Shown here in pieces: positions 8,738 to 17,582 of a DNA stretch of 64,000 bases. The notes under the pieces are model-generated. The model was not told the DNA's origin, ran no database searches, and saw only the letters and a program-made list of their open reading frames with translations. This stretch comes from Candidatus Poriferisocius sp. Lineage in GTDB: Bacteria; Actinomycetota; Acidimicrobiia; Acidimicrobiales; Bin134. A program made the translations under genes and the position numbers. Location: the NCBI RefSeq assembly GCF_965208475.1, contig NZ_OZ242338.1, positions 2,834,782-2,898,781 on the forward strand. The letters run 5' to 3'. Numbering within the stretch: the stretch's first letter is position 1; each line of letters opens with the position of its first letter.

Positions 8738-10612
8738 ATGGGCGGCGCCCACGGCGCCATCGGCCACGATCCCTCCGGGGTCAAAGGCAAGCAGATAGCC
8801 GGGCAGACGATTCGCCGGGTGGCCGGTTTTGCGCGGCCCTATCGGAACATGCTCATCGGGTTCGTTGTGGTGCTGTTGTTGGGGGCGCTGCTGTCGCTGG
8901 TGCCGCCACTTTTGTTCCGCCAGATCATCGACGACGCAATCGCCAATAGCGACCGGGGCCAGGTGAACCTGCTGGCCGCCATCATCGTGTTGGCCGCATT
9001 CGGGGAAGCGGCCCTCGCTTTCATCGAGCGCTATTGGTCGTCTCGCATCGGCGAGGGGCTGATCTACGACCTGCGGGTGGGGCTCTACGACCACGTGCAG
9101 CGCATGCCGATGGCGTTCTTCACCCGGGTGCAGACGGGCTCGCTCATCAGCCGGATGAACAACGACGTGATCGGCGCCCAGCGGGCGTTCACCGGCACGC
9201 TGGGGTCGGTGGTGTCCAACACCATCGTGCTGGCCACCACACTGGTGGCCATGTTCTTGCTGGAGTGGCGGCTCACGCTGATGGCTCTGGCCCTGCTGCC
9301 GGTGTTCATCCTGCCCACCAAGCGGGTGGGCCGGAGGCTTCAGGCCCTCACCCGGGAGTCCATGGAGCACAACGCCTCTATGAACACGGTGATGACCGAG
9401 CGGCTGAACGTGTCGGGGGCGATGCTGGTGAAGCTGTTCGGGCGCCACAACCAGGAGCGAGACGGGTTCGGGGCCACTGCCGGGCGAGTGCGAGACATCG
9501 GTGTGCGCAGCGCCATGTATGGGCGGGCGTTCTTCATTGCGCTGAGCCTGGTGGGGGCGGTGGGGGCCGCGGTCCTTTACTGGGTGGGAGGCCACCTGGT
9601 GATCTCTGGGACGATCACGGTGGGGACGCTGGCGGCCATGGGGCTGATGGTGGTGCGGATCTACATGCCGCTCACCAGCCTGACCAACGCCCGGGTGGAC
9701 GTGATGACCGCACTGGTTTCGTTCGAGCGGGTGTTCGAGGTGCTGGACACGCCCAACCCCATCGCCGACCGGCCCGATGCCCCGAAGCTGCAAAATCCCA
9801 AGGGGCGGATCGAGCTCGCCGACGTGACCTTCACCTATCCGCCCAGTGACGACCGGTTGGCCTCGCTGCAAGCCAACGCCGCCGCGCCGGAGGCCACCGG
9901 CAGCCCGGTGCTGCGCAACGTGTCGGCGGAGATCGAGCCGGGCCAATTGGTGGCGCTGGTGGGGCCGTCGGGAGCGGGCAAGACCACTCTGGTGGCGCTG
10001 TTGAACCGGCTCTACGACGTGGACAGCGGGGCAGTGCTGATCGACGGCACCGACGTGCGGGACGTCACCCAGGAGTCGCTGCGGGCCTCGGTGGGAGTGG
10101 TGCCCCAAGACCCGCACCTGTTCCATGAGACGGTGGCCGACAACCTTCTCTATGTCCGGCCCGGCGCGACCCAAGCCGAGATGGAGGCCGCCTGCCGTTC
10201 GGCCCACATCCACGACCTGATCGCCTCGCTGCCCGAGGGCTACAACACCTTGGTGGGCGAGCGGGGCTACCGATTGTCGGGGGGCGAGAAGCAACGGGTG
10301 GCCATCGCCCGGGTGCTGCTCAAAGACCCGGCCATCGTGGTGCTGGACGAGGCCACCAGCCACCTCGACAGCGAGAACGAGGCGCTGGTGCAGCAGGCGC
10401 TGGGCATCGCGCTCCAGGGAAGGACCGCAGTGGTGATCGCCCACCGGCTCTCTACCGTGACCAATGCGGATCAGATCCTGGTGCTCAACCAGGGGGAGCT
10501 GGTGGAGTCGGGCCGCCATGGCGATCTGCTGGCCGCCGGGGGGCTGTACGCCGAGCTCTACCGCACGCTGGTGCGAAACGAACGGCAGTCGCCGGCGAAG
10601 AGCGCGCTGTGA
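8738..10612 (+). CDS. ABC exporter, fused permease/ATPase (MdlB/MsbA type)
   Basis: Six-TM N-terminal half. Walker A GPSGAGKTT, signature LSGGEKQRVAIARVL, Walker B VVLDEATS. ATG 8738 chosen over 8669 because of the divergent copC. Confidence 0.85.
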   Translation: MGGAHGAIGHDPSGVKGKQIAGQTIRRVAGFARPYRNMLIGFVVVLLLGALLSLVPPLLFRQIIDDAIANSDRGQVNLLAAIIVLAAFGEAALAFIERYWSSRIGEGLIYDLRVGLYDHVQRMPMAFFTRVQTGSLISRMNNDVIGAQRAFTGTLGSVVSNTIVLATTLVAMFLLEWRLTLMALALLPVFILPTKRVGRRLQALTRESMEHNASMNTVMTERLNVSGAMLVKLFGRHNQERDGFGATAGRVRDIGVRSAMYGRAFFIALSLVGAVGAAVLYWVGGHLVISGTITVGTLAAMGLMVVRIYMPLTSLTNARVDVMTALVSFERVFEVLDTPNPIADRPDAPKLQNPKGRIELADVTFTYPPSDDRLASLQANAAAPEATGSPVLRNVSAEIEPGQLVALVGPSGAGKTTLVALLNRLYDVDSGAVLIDGTDVRDVTQESLRASVGVVPQDPHLFHETVADNLLYVRPGATQAEMEAACRSAHIHDLIASLPEGYNTLVGERGYRLSGGEKQRVAIARVLLKDPAIVVLDEATSHLDSENEALVQQALGIALQGRTAVVIAHRLSTVTNADQILVLNQGELVESGRHGDLLAAGGLYAELYRTLVRNERQSPAKSAL

Positions 10613-12021
10613 GCCTGTTCGACTCGGCTGCGGCGAGGGCCGCTGGCGAACCAATGACGTTCACCGTGGCCGAGCTGGCCAACCGGATCAAACAGGTGTT
10701 GGGCGACGCCTTCGGCGATGAGCTGTGGGTGGAGGGTGAGATCCGCAACCTGAGCCGAGCCCGCAGCGGCCACATGTACTTCGACTTGGTGGAGCCCGAC
10801 CCCGACAACGGCTCCGGCAAACAGCCCGAGGCGTTGATTTCGGTGGCGCTGTTCCGGTTCAACCGGGAGAGGGTGGAAGAGACGCTGCGCCGCCAGGGCG
10901 GCATGGCCATGGAAGACGGTATGAAGGTCCGCATCCAGGGGAAATTGGATTTCTGGCCCCCCGGTGGACGGCTCCAGCTTTACATGTCGGATATCGACCC
11001 CAACTTCACTCTGGGCGAGTTGGAGGCCGAGCGGCTGCGACTGTTGGAGAAGCTGAGCGGCGAGGGTCTGTTGACCAAGAACCAGGCCGTGCCCTTTCCG
11101 GTGGCCCCGCTGCGGATCGGGCTGGTCACCTCGAACGGGAGCGCCGCCCACCACGACTTCCACAATGAGTTGGTTGCCAGCGGCCTGGCCTGGGAGGTGG
11201 TGCTGGCCGACACTCCGGTGCAGGGGGTGGACGCGCCTCCGCTCATCGCCGCGGCCATTGGGGCGGTGGGCCGGGCCGGAGTGGATGTGATCGCGGTGGT
11301 GCGCGGCGGCGGGGCCCGCACCGATTTGGTGGCCTTCGACAGCGAGGTCGTGGCCCGGGCCGCAGCCAACGCCCCGGTGCCGGTGGTCACCGGGGTGGGC
11401 CACGAGATCGACCGGTCCATCGTCGACGAGGTGGCCCACGAGGCCCAGAAGACGCCCACCGCGGCCGCGGTATTCATCGTGACGGTGGCGCGGGCTCACC
11501 TAGAAGCAGCCGAGCAGGCGTGGGGAGGAGTCTCTGCGTGGGCCCTGCGGCGGTTGGGCGACGCCGATCAGCGGCTAATGGTGGTGAGCCAGACCACCGC
11601 CCGAGCCGCCGACAGCCACCTGCTCCGCGCGGGCAGCCGGCTTCAGAGCCGAGCCGGGCGAATCAGGGAGTTGGCCGAGACTCGGACCCGGGGCGAGACC
11701 CGGCGGGTAGACGGCTGTGCGGGGGCCATGCGCTACCGGGCATCGGCGGCCATTGCCGACGAGCGGCGCACGCTGGAACAGATGAACTCGACAATGGCGA
11801 GCCAGGCCCAGCGAGCCCCCAGAGCTGCCACCAAGGAACTGACCAACCTGGAGGGCCGAGTTCGCCTGCTCGATCCTCGGGCAATCTTGGCCCGTGGTTG
11901 GTCGATAACCCGCCATGGCGGCAAAGTGGTCCGCGATCCGGCAAAGTTGGGCGCGGGCGATGAACTTGCGACCACCCTGGCCGAGGGCGACCTTCACAGC
12001 ACGGTGAACGAGAACCAATGA
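10609..12021 (+). CDS. xseA: Exodeoxyribonuclease VII large subunit
   Basis: OB-fold N-terminus VAELANRIKQVLGDAFGDELWVEGEIRNL. Followed by xseB. GTGA overlap with the upstream gene. Alternative ATG at 10654. Confidence 0.85.
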   Translation: MSLFDSAAARAAGEPMTFTVAELANRIKQVLGDAFGDELWVEGEIRNLSRARSGHMYFDLVEPDPDNGSGKQPEALISVALFRFNRERVEETLRRQGGMAMEDGMKVRIQGKLDFWPPGGRLQLYMSDIDPNFTLGELEAERLRLLEKLSGEGLLTKNQAVPFPVAPLRIGLVTSNGSAAHHDFHNELVASGLAWEVVLADTPVQGVDAPPLIAAAIGAVGRAGVDVIAVVRGGGARTDLVAFDSEVVARAAANAPVPVVTGVGHEIDRSIVDEVAHEAQKTPTAAAVFIVTVARAHLEAAEQAWGGVSAWALRRLGDADQRLMVVSQTTARAADSHLLRAGSRLQSRAGRIRELAETRTRGETRRVDGCAGAMRYRASAAIADERRTLEQMNSTMASQAQRAPRAATKELTNLEGRVRLLDPRAILARGWSITRHGGKVVRDPAKLGAGDELATTLAEGDLHSTVNENQ

Positions 12022-12034
12022 GGAGCACAACACG

Positions 12035-12298
12035 ATGAGCACACCAGAGATCGGCTATGCCGACGCGTTGAGCGAACTCCAGCAGATTCTGAGCGAGCTG
12101 GAGGCCGAAGACATCGACATCGACGTACTGGCCACCAAGGTCGAGCGGGCCGCGGAACTGATCCGGGTGTGCCGGGGGCGGATCAACGACGCCGAGGTGC
12201 GGGTCAAAGAGATCGTGGCCGGCCTAGACCACCAAGAAGATGAGCCCTCCCCTTCCAACAAAGAAGACGACTGGGACGATTTGTTGGACGATGAGTAG
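12035..12298 (+). CDS. xseB: Exodeoxyribonuclease VII small subunit
   Basis: 87 aa. YADALSELQQILSELEAEDIDIDVLATKVERAAELIRVCRGRI is the typical XseB helix hairpin. Confidence 0.85.
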   Translation: MSTPEIGYADALSELQQILSELEAEDIDIDVLATKVERAAELIRVCRGRINDAEVRVKEIVAGLDHQEDEPSPSNKEDDWDDLLDDE

Positions 12299-12311
12299 TA
12301 CAGCGGTCCGG

Positions 12312-12336
12312 GTGACTGGAACCATTTTCCAGTCAC
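12312..12336 (+). terminator. Perfect 10-bp stem hairpin (GTGACTGGAA-CCATT-TTCCAGTCAC) downstream of xseB
   Basis: Read directly, 13 nt after the xseB stop. No U-tract, so it would be an I-shaped actinobacterial-type terminator, if it is one. Confidence 0.45.
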
Positions 12337-12358
12337 TTGCCATCGCGGGGAGCAAGTC

Positions 12359-13351
12359 TTGCCCATAGAGAGCCTCGAGACGGTCGACGCCTTCATCGTG
12401 TTCGACTTGGCCAACGCGCCTGAGGCGGTGGGCATCGTCCGGTCGGCCCGCAAGATCCTGCCCAGCGGGGCTGGCGACCTGGCCCGGTCTATGACTTACG
12501 CCCTCGCCACCTTCGAGATGCGCCGCAGCGGGGCCTCAGCGGGGATCAACGCCCTAGATGAAGACCGGGCCGACGCGGTGGCCAAGTTCACCTCCGAGAT
12601 CTCCCCGATGGTGGCCTCCGGCCGCTTTCTGCCCGAGCCGGGAACCCGGGTGCCTCGGGCCGCGCTGGCATCATTGGCCGAAGCCGACTCCCGCGCCGCG
12701 GTGGGCGATGTGGCCGATCAGGCTGTCGTCGCCGGAGTGGTGGCCGCGGCAGCCACCGCCGCCGGCGGTTTGGACGGGCGCACCGTGGCCATCGAGGGCT
12801 TCAACGGCACCGGCCCCGCGCTGGCCGCCGCAGTGGCCGAGCAGGGCGCCAAGGTAGTGGCGGTGACTTCCGGTCCCCGGGGCGCTATCGACCGGGGTGG
12901 TTTTCCTGCTGGATCCCTGAGCACGCCGGGAAGCATCCCCAACCGCGACAAGACCGCAAACGAGGCCCTGGCCGAACCAGTCGACGTGCTGTTCGCCGGG
13001 TCCAAGATGGGCGCCGTCAATCACACGATGGCCGGCCAACTCAGCGTGGGCGCCGTGGTGCCCCATGCCCCAATCCCGGTGACCGCCCGAGCCTTGGCCA
13101 TTCTCGGTCGAGCAGGCACCACAGTGGTCCCCGACTTCATCTCCACCGCTGGCGCCCTGTTCGCCTGGTGGCCCACCGGCGAATTCTCCCCCGAGGCCAT
13201 CGCTGGCGATGCCGCCGCCAAGATCGCCGCCTCCTTAGAGGAAATCAGCGCCCACCCCGACGGCCTCTTCCTCGCCGCCGCCCAAAGAGCCGAGACATTC
13301 CTGGCCACCTGGCAAGACCCCCTCCCGTTCGGCCGCCCCCTGGCGCCGTAG
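12359..13351 (+). CDS. Glu/Leu/Phe/Val dehydrogenase-like protein with degenerate motifs
   Basis: VAIEGFNGTGPALAAAVAEQGAKVVAV and VVPDFISTAGAL resemble the GDH NAD domain. SGASAG stands where GGAKGG is expected. TTG start. Confidence 0.45.
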   Translation: MPIESLETVDAFIVFDLANAPEAVGIVRSARKILPSGAGDLARSMTYALATFEMRRSGASAGINALDEDRADAVAKFTSEISPMVASGRFLPEPGTRVPRAALASLAEADSRAAVGDVADQAVVAGVVAAAATAAGGLDGRTVAIEGFNGTGPALAAAVAEQGAKVVAVTSGPRGAIDRGGFPAGSLSTPGSIPNRDKTANEALAEPVDVLFAGSKMGAVNHTMAGQLSVGAVVPHAPIPVTARALAILGRAGTTVVPDFISTAGALFAWWPTGEFSPEAIAGDAAAKIAASLEEISAHPDGLFLAAAQRAETFLATWQDPLPFGRPLAP

Positions 13352-13362
13352 GGCCGCGGCGG

Positions 13363-14616
13363 CTAGCCGCTGCGGGGGACTTGGTTGAAGGGGAGGTCGC
13401 GGTCGACCGCGGGTTCGCGGGGCATGCCCAGAATGCGCTCGCTGATGATGTTGCGGGCCATCTCGGTGGTGCCGCCGCCTATGCAGGCCTGCTGGCGCTG
13501 CACAAACTCCACTCCGAAGACGCCGGTGGGCTCGCCCTGGTTCCACACCAGGGCCTGGTCACCGCGCAGCTCCATGGCCACCGTCTGGCGCTCGGTTCGC
13601 GACAGGCCGTGGAACAGGCGCACCAGAGATCCGGCCGGGGCCGGGAAGTAGCCGCTTTCAATGCCCTTCACCACTCGATCCGACAGCAGAGCCTCGAGTT
13701 GGCTGAACGTCTCCATGCGTCCTAGCCGCTGACGGTGGCTACCCATGTCGGCACCCCCATGTTGCCGGGCTATTGCAGCAAGGTCCTCGATTCCGTCGGC
13801 GGTCCGGTTCCGGTTGCGGCCCTGGGTGTAGGGGGAGGCGTTGCCCACCGCGGCCCGCTCGTGAAACAGCAAGCGGCTGGCCACCGTCCAGCCGTCATCC
13901 ACCGCGCCGACCACGTTGTCGGCGGAAATGATTACGTCGTTGAAGTACTCCTGGCAGAACTCCTCGGTGCGGTCCACCATCTGGATGGGGTGGATCTCGA
14001 TGCCGGGATGGTGGATGGGCACGATGAACATGGTCAGCCCCCGGTGCTTGGGCACCTCCCAGTTGGTCCGGGCCAGCATGAGGGCGTAGTCGGAGCGCTG
14101 GGCGAACGTGCTCCAGATCTTGGAACCGTTTATCACGAACTCATCGCCGTCCCGGTCGGCCCGGGTCAGGGCGCCGGCCATGTCGGAGCCGCCGCTGGGC
14201 TCGGACATGAACTGCACCCACAGCTCGTCGCCCCGAATCCACCCCGGGATGTAGCGCTGCTTCTGCTCCTCGGTGCCGAACTCCAAGATCACCGGACCAC
14301 AGATCGACATCGTGGGAATGCTGAACAGAATCGGCATGTCGAAATCCATGCTGACGTCGTTGACGATCCGCTGATGGGCAATGGTCAGGCTCCGGCCGCC
14401 GTATTCCTTGGGGTAGCACACCGCGGCGTACCCTCCGTCGGAGAGGCGTCGCTGGAGTTCCCGGTTGCGGGAGCACTTCTCGTCATCGTCACGGGTGGGG
14501 TGCCAGGGATTCACGGGGTCGCGCCGAGGCATGTTCTCGTTCATCCACGTCTCAGCCTGCTCCCGGTAATCGGCTAGCTCGGCGGGATCGGTTTCGGCGT
14601 ATATGAAGTCGTCCAT
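13363..14616 (-). CDS. Acyl-CoA dehydrogenase
   Basis: 417 aa. C-terminal IGGGTTEMARNIISERILGMPRE and overall ACAD layout. Confidence 0.85.
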   Translation of the reverse strand: MDDFIYAETDPAELADYREQAETWMNENMPRRDPVNPWHPTRDDDEKCSRNRELQRRLSDGGYAAVCYPKEYGGRSLTIAHQRIVNDVSMDFDMPILFSIPTMSICGPVILEFGTEEQKQRYIPGWIRGDELWVQFMSEPSGGSDMAGALTRADRDGDEFVINGSKIWSTFAQRSDYALMLARTNWEVPKHRGLTMFIVPIHHPGIEIHPIQMVDRTEEFCQEYFNDVIISADNVVGAVDDGWTVASRLLFHERAAVGNASPYTQGRNRNRTADGIEDLAAIARQHGGADMGSHRQRLGRMETFSQLEALLSDRVVKGIESGYFPAPAGSLVRLFHGLSRTERQTVAMELRGDQALVWNQGEPTGVFGVEFVQRQQACIGGGTTEMARNIISERILGMPREPAVDRDLPFNQVPRSG

Positions 14617-14618
14617 CT

Positions 14619-15743
14619 CTAGTACCCGCTCATCTTGGACAGAATTATCCGGTGGTCGTCCGGTGTGCCGAACAGTCCTCGGTTCACGGTGGCTCGGCGC
14701 AGGTGGAGGTGCAGGTCGTGCTCATAGGTCACACCGATGCCGCCGTGCATCTGCACGCAGTCCTGCATGAGCTCCACCGAGTGGTCGCCCACATACGACT
14801 TGGCCACGCTCACTATCCGAGCCTCGTTTTGGCCGGTGGCCACAGCATCGGCGGCACCGTCGACCGCGGCCTGAGAAGCCTCCGACCACAGCTTCATGTC
14901 GGCGAAACGGTGCTTGAGGGCCTGATACGACGCCAGAGGCCGGCCGAAGGAGTAGCGGTCAAAGGCGTACTCGATAGTGAACTCCAGCACCCTGGCCGCC
15001 GATCCGGCGTTGTCGGCGCATTGGAGAAGCTGCATTAGTAGGCATTGGCGGGCCACGTCGGCCTCGGCAGCCGCTCCCGGTGCCCCCACCAGGGCTTCGG
15101 GGCCGACGGCCACACCAACAAGGCCCACTTCGGCGAAGCGACGGCCCAAATCCAGCGACTCCTGGGGGTTGACGGTCACACCGGGAGCATCGGATGGCAC
15201 CAAGAATTGGGCCAAACCGTCGGCGGTGCGGGCGGTGACCAGCAAGTGGTGGGCCTGCGCGCCTGATTCCACTGCGGTCTTGGCGCCGGTCAGCACATAG
15301 CCGCCATTGGACGGCGCGGCCGCAGCCGCGACATGGCCGGCAGTCCAATCGCCACCCGGCTCGCAGAACGCCCAAGCCAGCACCACCTCACCGGCCATGA
15401 CCCCCTCGAGCATCGCCTGCTGTTCAGGCGAGCCCGACCGGCCCAAGGTGTCGGCCACCACGTTGGTGGGCATGAACGGTCCCGGCGTCACACCCCGGCC
15501 CATCTCATCGGCCACGATGGTCAGATCCACAATGGGGCGACCGGAGATGCTGCCGCCGCCCAACGACTCGGGCACCATCAGCGATGTCCAACCCAACTCG
15601 GCCGCCGCCTGCCACCAGCTCTGCGGACAACCGTCGGGCAACTCGTGCCACTCCCGCACCACGCTGATCGGGACCTCAGCCTCGATGAACCGCCGGGCCG
15701 TTTCCCGGAAGAACTCCTGATCGTCGCTCAGATCGACTCTCAC
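14619..15743 (-). CDS. Acyl-CoA dehydrogenase family protein
   Basis: VRVDLSDDQEFFRETARRFIE N-terminus (GTG 15743, preferred over TTG 15812, which would crowd tRNA-Ala). MHGGIGVTYEHDLHLHLRR at the C-terminus. 2-nt gap to the downstream ACAD gene. Confidence 0.8.
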   Translation of the reverse strand: MRVDLSDDQEFFRETARRFIEAEVPISVVREWHELPDGCPQSWWQAAAELGWTSLMVPESLGGGSISGRPIVDLTIVADEMGRGVTPGPFMPTNVVADTLGRSGSPEQQAMLEGVMAGEVVLAWAFCEPGGDWTAGHVAAAAAPSNGGYVLTGAKTAVESGAQAHHLLVTARTADGLAQFLVPSDAPGVTVNPQESLDLGRRFAEVGLVGVAVGPEALVGAPGAAAEADVARQCLLMQLLQCADNAGSAARVLEFTIEYAFDRYSFGRPLASYQALKHRFADMKLWSEASQAAVDGAADAVATGQNEARIVSVAKSYVGDHSVELMQDCVQMHGGIGVTYEHDLHLHLRRATVNRGLFGTPDDHRIILSKMSGY

Positions 15744-15837
15744 CGGGGCTATTCCACCACGACAACGCCAGCCGGTCACATTGAGCGGGCTATTGGGTCG
15801 TTGGCCCCGCAAATCGCCCGGTACGCTTGAACCGTCC

Positions 15838-15911
15838 GGGGCTGTAGCTCAGCTGGCTAGAGCACCTGCTTTGCAAGCAGGGGGTCGTGGGTTCGAGTCC
15901 CATCAGCTCCA
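15838..15911 (+). tRNA. tRNA-Ala (anticodon TGC)
   Basis: GGGGCTGTAGCTCAGCTGG..., anticodon loop TTTGCAA, G3:U70 identity pair, T-loop TTCGAGT. CCA is not encoded. Confidence 0.9.
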
Positions 15912-15994
15912 CTCTGTGGTATGTGAGATCTTGTCGCTCTGAAGTCTCTGTGGCCGTGATTGCATATTTGTTCCGTTAGCGGTATATTTTTGTT

Positions 15995-16660
15995 ATGAGG
16001 ATGATGGCAGTGGCCGAAGCCGCTAACGAACTCGGGGTAAGCGATCGGCGCATTCGCCAGATGCTGGCGGACGGCCGAATACCGGGCGAACGAACTGGCC
16101 GTTCTTGGGTGCTAGAAGAGCAAGCGGTTCGAGAGTTTGCCAAGAGCAGGTCGGGTGCAGGGCGCCCGTGGAAGCCATCATCTGCGTGGGATGTACTCGC
16201 GCTGGCCAACGGCAACAGGGTGCCAGGATCACCTATTGACAGGCACCGCGCCCAACAGCGCCTTGAGTTGGGGCTTGGATCGATCCTGGGACAGCTGGCA
16301 AACCGAGCCGAGCGCCATTGGTTCTATGCCCACCCCTCCGTACTGGAGGCAATACTGGAGCACCCAGGGTTTGTCTCCTCCGGCATCAGCGCTCTCGCCC
16401 CTAGTCACATTGACTTGGTGGTCGCCGACCAGATCGAAGGCTATGTCCCTGAGTCGGAACTGGCTGGTCTGATCGATCAATTCGCGCTCGACAGCGAATC
16501 CGAAAGACCAAACGTCTTGCTAAGGGTTGCGAACGACAACTGTTGGCCCTTTGCTCCACTAGAGCGCCATGCACCCACCCCGGTCGTGGCAATCGACCTT
16601 CTCGACTCGGCCGACGAGCGGTCGCGCCGAGCCGGTAAAGACCTCTTGAATCGCTTGTGA
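15995..16660 (+). CDS. Helix-turn-helix (excisionase/MerR-type HTH_17-like) protein with an uncharacterised C-terminal domain; AbiEi-like antitoxin candidate
   Basis: N-terminus AVAEAANELGVSDRRIRQMLADGRIPGERTGRSWVLEE. GTGA overlap with the next gene. Confidence 0.5.
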   Translation: MRMMAVAEAANELGVSDRRIRQMLADGRIPGERTGRSWVLEEQAVREFAKSRSGAGRPWKPSSAWDVLALANGNRVPGSPIDRHRAQQRLELGLGSILGQLANRAERHWFYAHPSVLEAILEHPGFVSSGISALAPSHIDLVVADQIEGYVPESELAGLIDQFALDSESERPNVLLRVANDNCWPFAPLERHAPTPVVAIDLLDSADERSRRAGKDLLNRL

Positions 16661-17403
16661 GCAACTGGCCGACCCTCAAGCGGGAACCGGTCCAACTTCC
16701 GGTCTTTCCCGGACTTGATGAGCTTCTATGGCTCACCCTGATCGAGGTGGGCGGTGTGAGGCGGGGAGAATGGACGCTGATCGGCGGCCAGATGGTCTTG
16801 CTCCACGCCATAGAACACGGAATCCAGCCACCCCGCGTGTCCACAGACCTCGATGCCCTCGTCAATGCTCGCGTCGCCGCAGATAGCGTGCGCCGGTTTG
16901 TAAGAGAGCTCGAATCGCGTGGCTTCGAGCTCACCGGCACTTCACCCGAGGGCCTTGCCCATCGCTATGACCGCGATGGCGTGAGCATTGACGTATTGGC
17001 CCCGGAGGGACTTGGTCAGCGGTCTGACCTCACCACGACTCCACCTGGCCGCACCCTTCAAGTGCCAGGCGGCACACAGGCGCTGAAGCGAACCGAATTC
17101 GTGCCCGTCCAGATTCTCGACTCGACAGGTCTCGTGCCCAGACCCTCCTTGCTGGGAGCGATCATCTGCAAAGCAGAAGCCGTCGACGCCGACGACATGC
17201 CTGAGGCACAGCGGACGGATTTGGCCCTGCTATTGAGCATGGTTGACCAGCCTCTCATGTTGGCCAACGAGCTAACCCCAAAGGACAGAACCCGGATCCG
17301 CAGGAGAGCGGAGATGAGCGATCCGGATCAACTCGCATGGCGCGCCCTTGATGCCGAGGGCGCTAGCCGTGGTCGAGCCGCCTACCGTCTCCTATCCCGC
17401 TAG
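16657..17403 (+). CDS. Nucleotidyltransferase-fold protein (AbiEii/DUF1814-like toxin candidate)
   Basis: LIGGQMVLLHAIEHGIQPPRVSTDLDALV (GG...DxD) and a later SIDVL resemble Pol-beta-type NTase motifs. Confidence 0.45.
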   Translation: MSNWPTLKREPVQLPVFPGLDELLWLTLIEVGGVRRGEWTLIGGQMVLLHAIEHGIQPPRVSTDLDALVNARVAADSVRRFVRELESRGFELTGTSPEGLAHRYDRDGVSIDVLAPEGLGQRSDLTTTPPGRTLQVPGGTQALKRTEFVPVQILDSTGLVPRPSLLGAIICKAEAVDADDMPEAQRTDLALLLSMVDQPLMLANELTPKDRTRIRRRAEMSDPDQLAWRALDAEGASRGRAAYRLLSR

Positions 17404-17404
17404 C

Positions 17405-17464
17405 TGCCTATCTCTGCCGAACCAGGAGCTTCCGATACTCCGCCTTCGAGAGTGCAGATAGGCA
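17405..17464. repeat. Inverted repeat TGCCTATCT ... AGATAGGCA (9-bp arms, 42-nt spacer) immediately after the NTase-like gene
   Basis: Read directly: arms at 17405-17413 and 17456-17464. Confidence 0.6.
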
Positions 17465-17582
17465 CTTGTGGAAGGATTCCCCTAATGCTCGACAGCCATC
17501 ACGCCCAGGGGTTCTTCATCGGCTTCGAGCAGTACGACGGCTTCAAGAACCCCCTGCTCCGCGACGGCCATCTGGTGGCCTG

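Noticed and set aside
8702-10654. Very long antisense ORFs opposite well-supported genes. Examples: 8702..10654 (650 aa), 25652..27712 (686 aa), 28556..30556 (666 aa), 38376..39839 (487 aa), 42378..44135 (585 aa), 52627..54930 (767 aa) and 60763..62565 (600 aa).
   Set aside because: Each overlaps, on the opposite strand, a gene with clear family motifs: ABC exporter, amidohydrolases, sulfatase, Mo-oxidoreductase, CoA-transferase, Lhr, binding protein/P450. Their translations are Arg/Gly/Pro/His-rich and motif-free. That is the usual stop-codon-poor artefact of high-GC DNA.
15912-17582. A classical integrase-mediated island at tRNA-Ala, with a duplicated tRNA 3' end as attR.
   Set aside because: I could not find a second copy of the tRNA-Ala 3' segment downstream of the HTH/NTase pair, and no integrase gene is present. 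Only the insertion-like position is reported.
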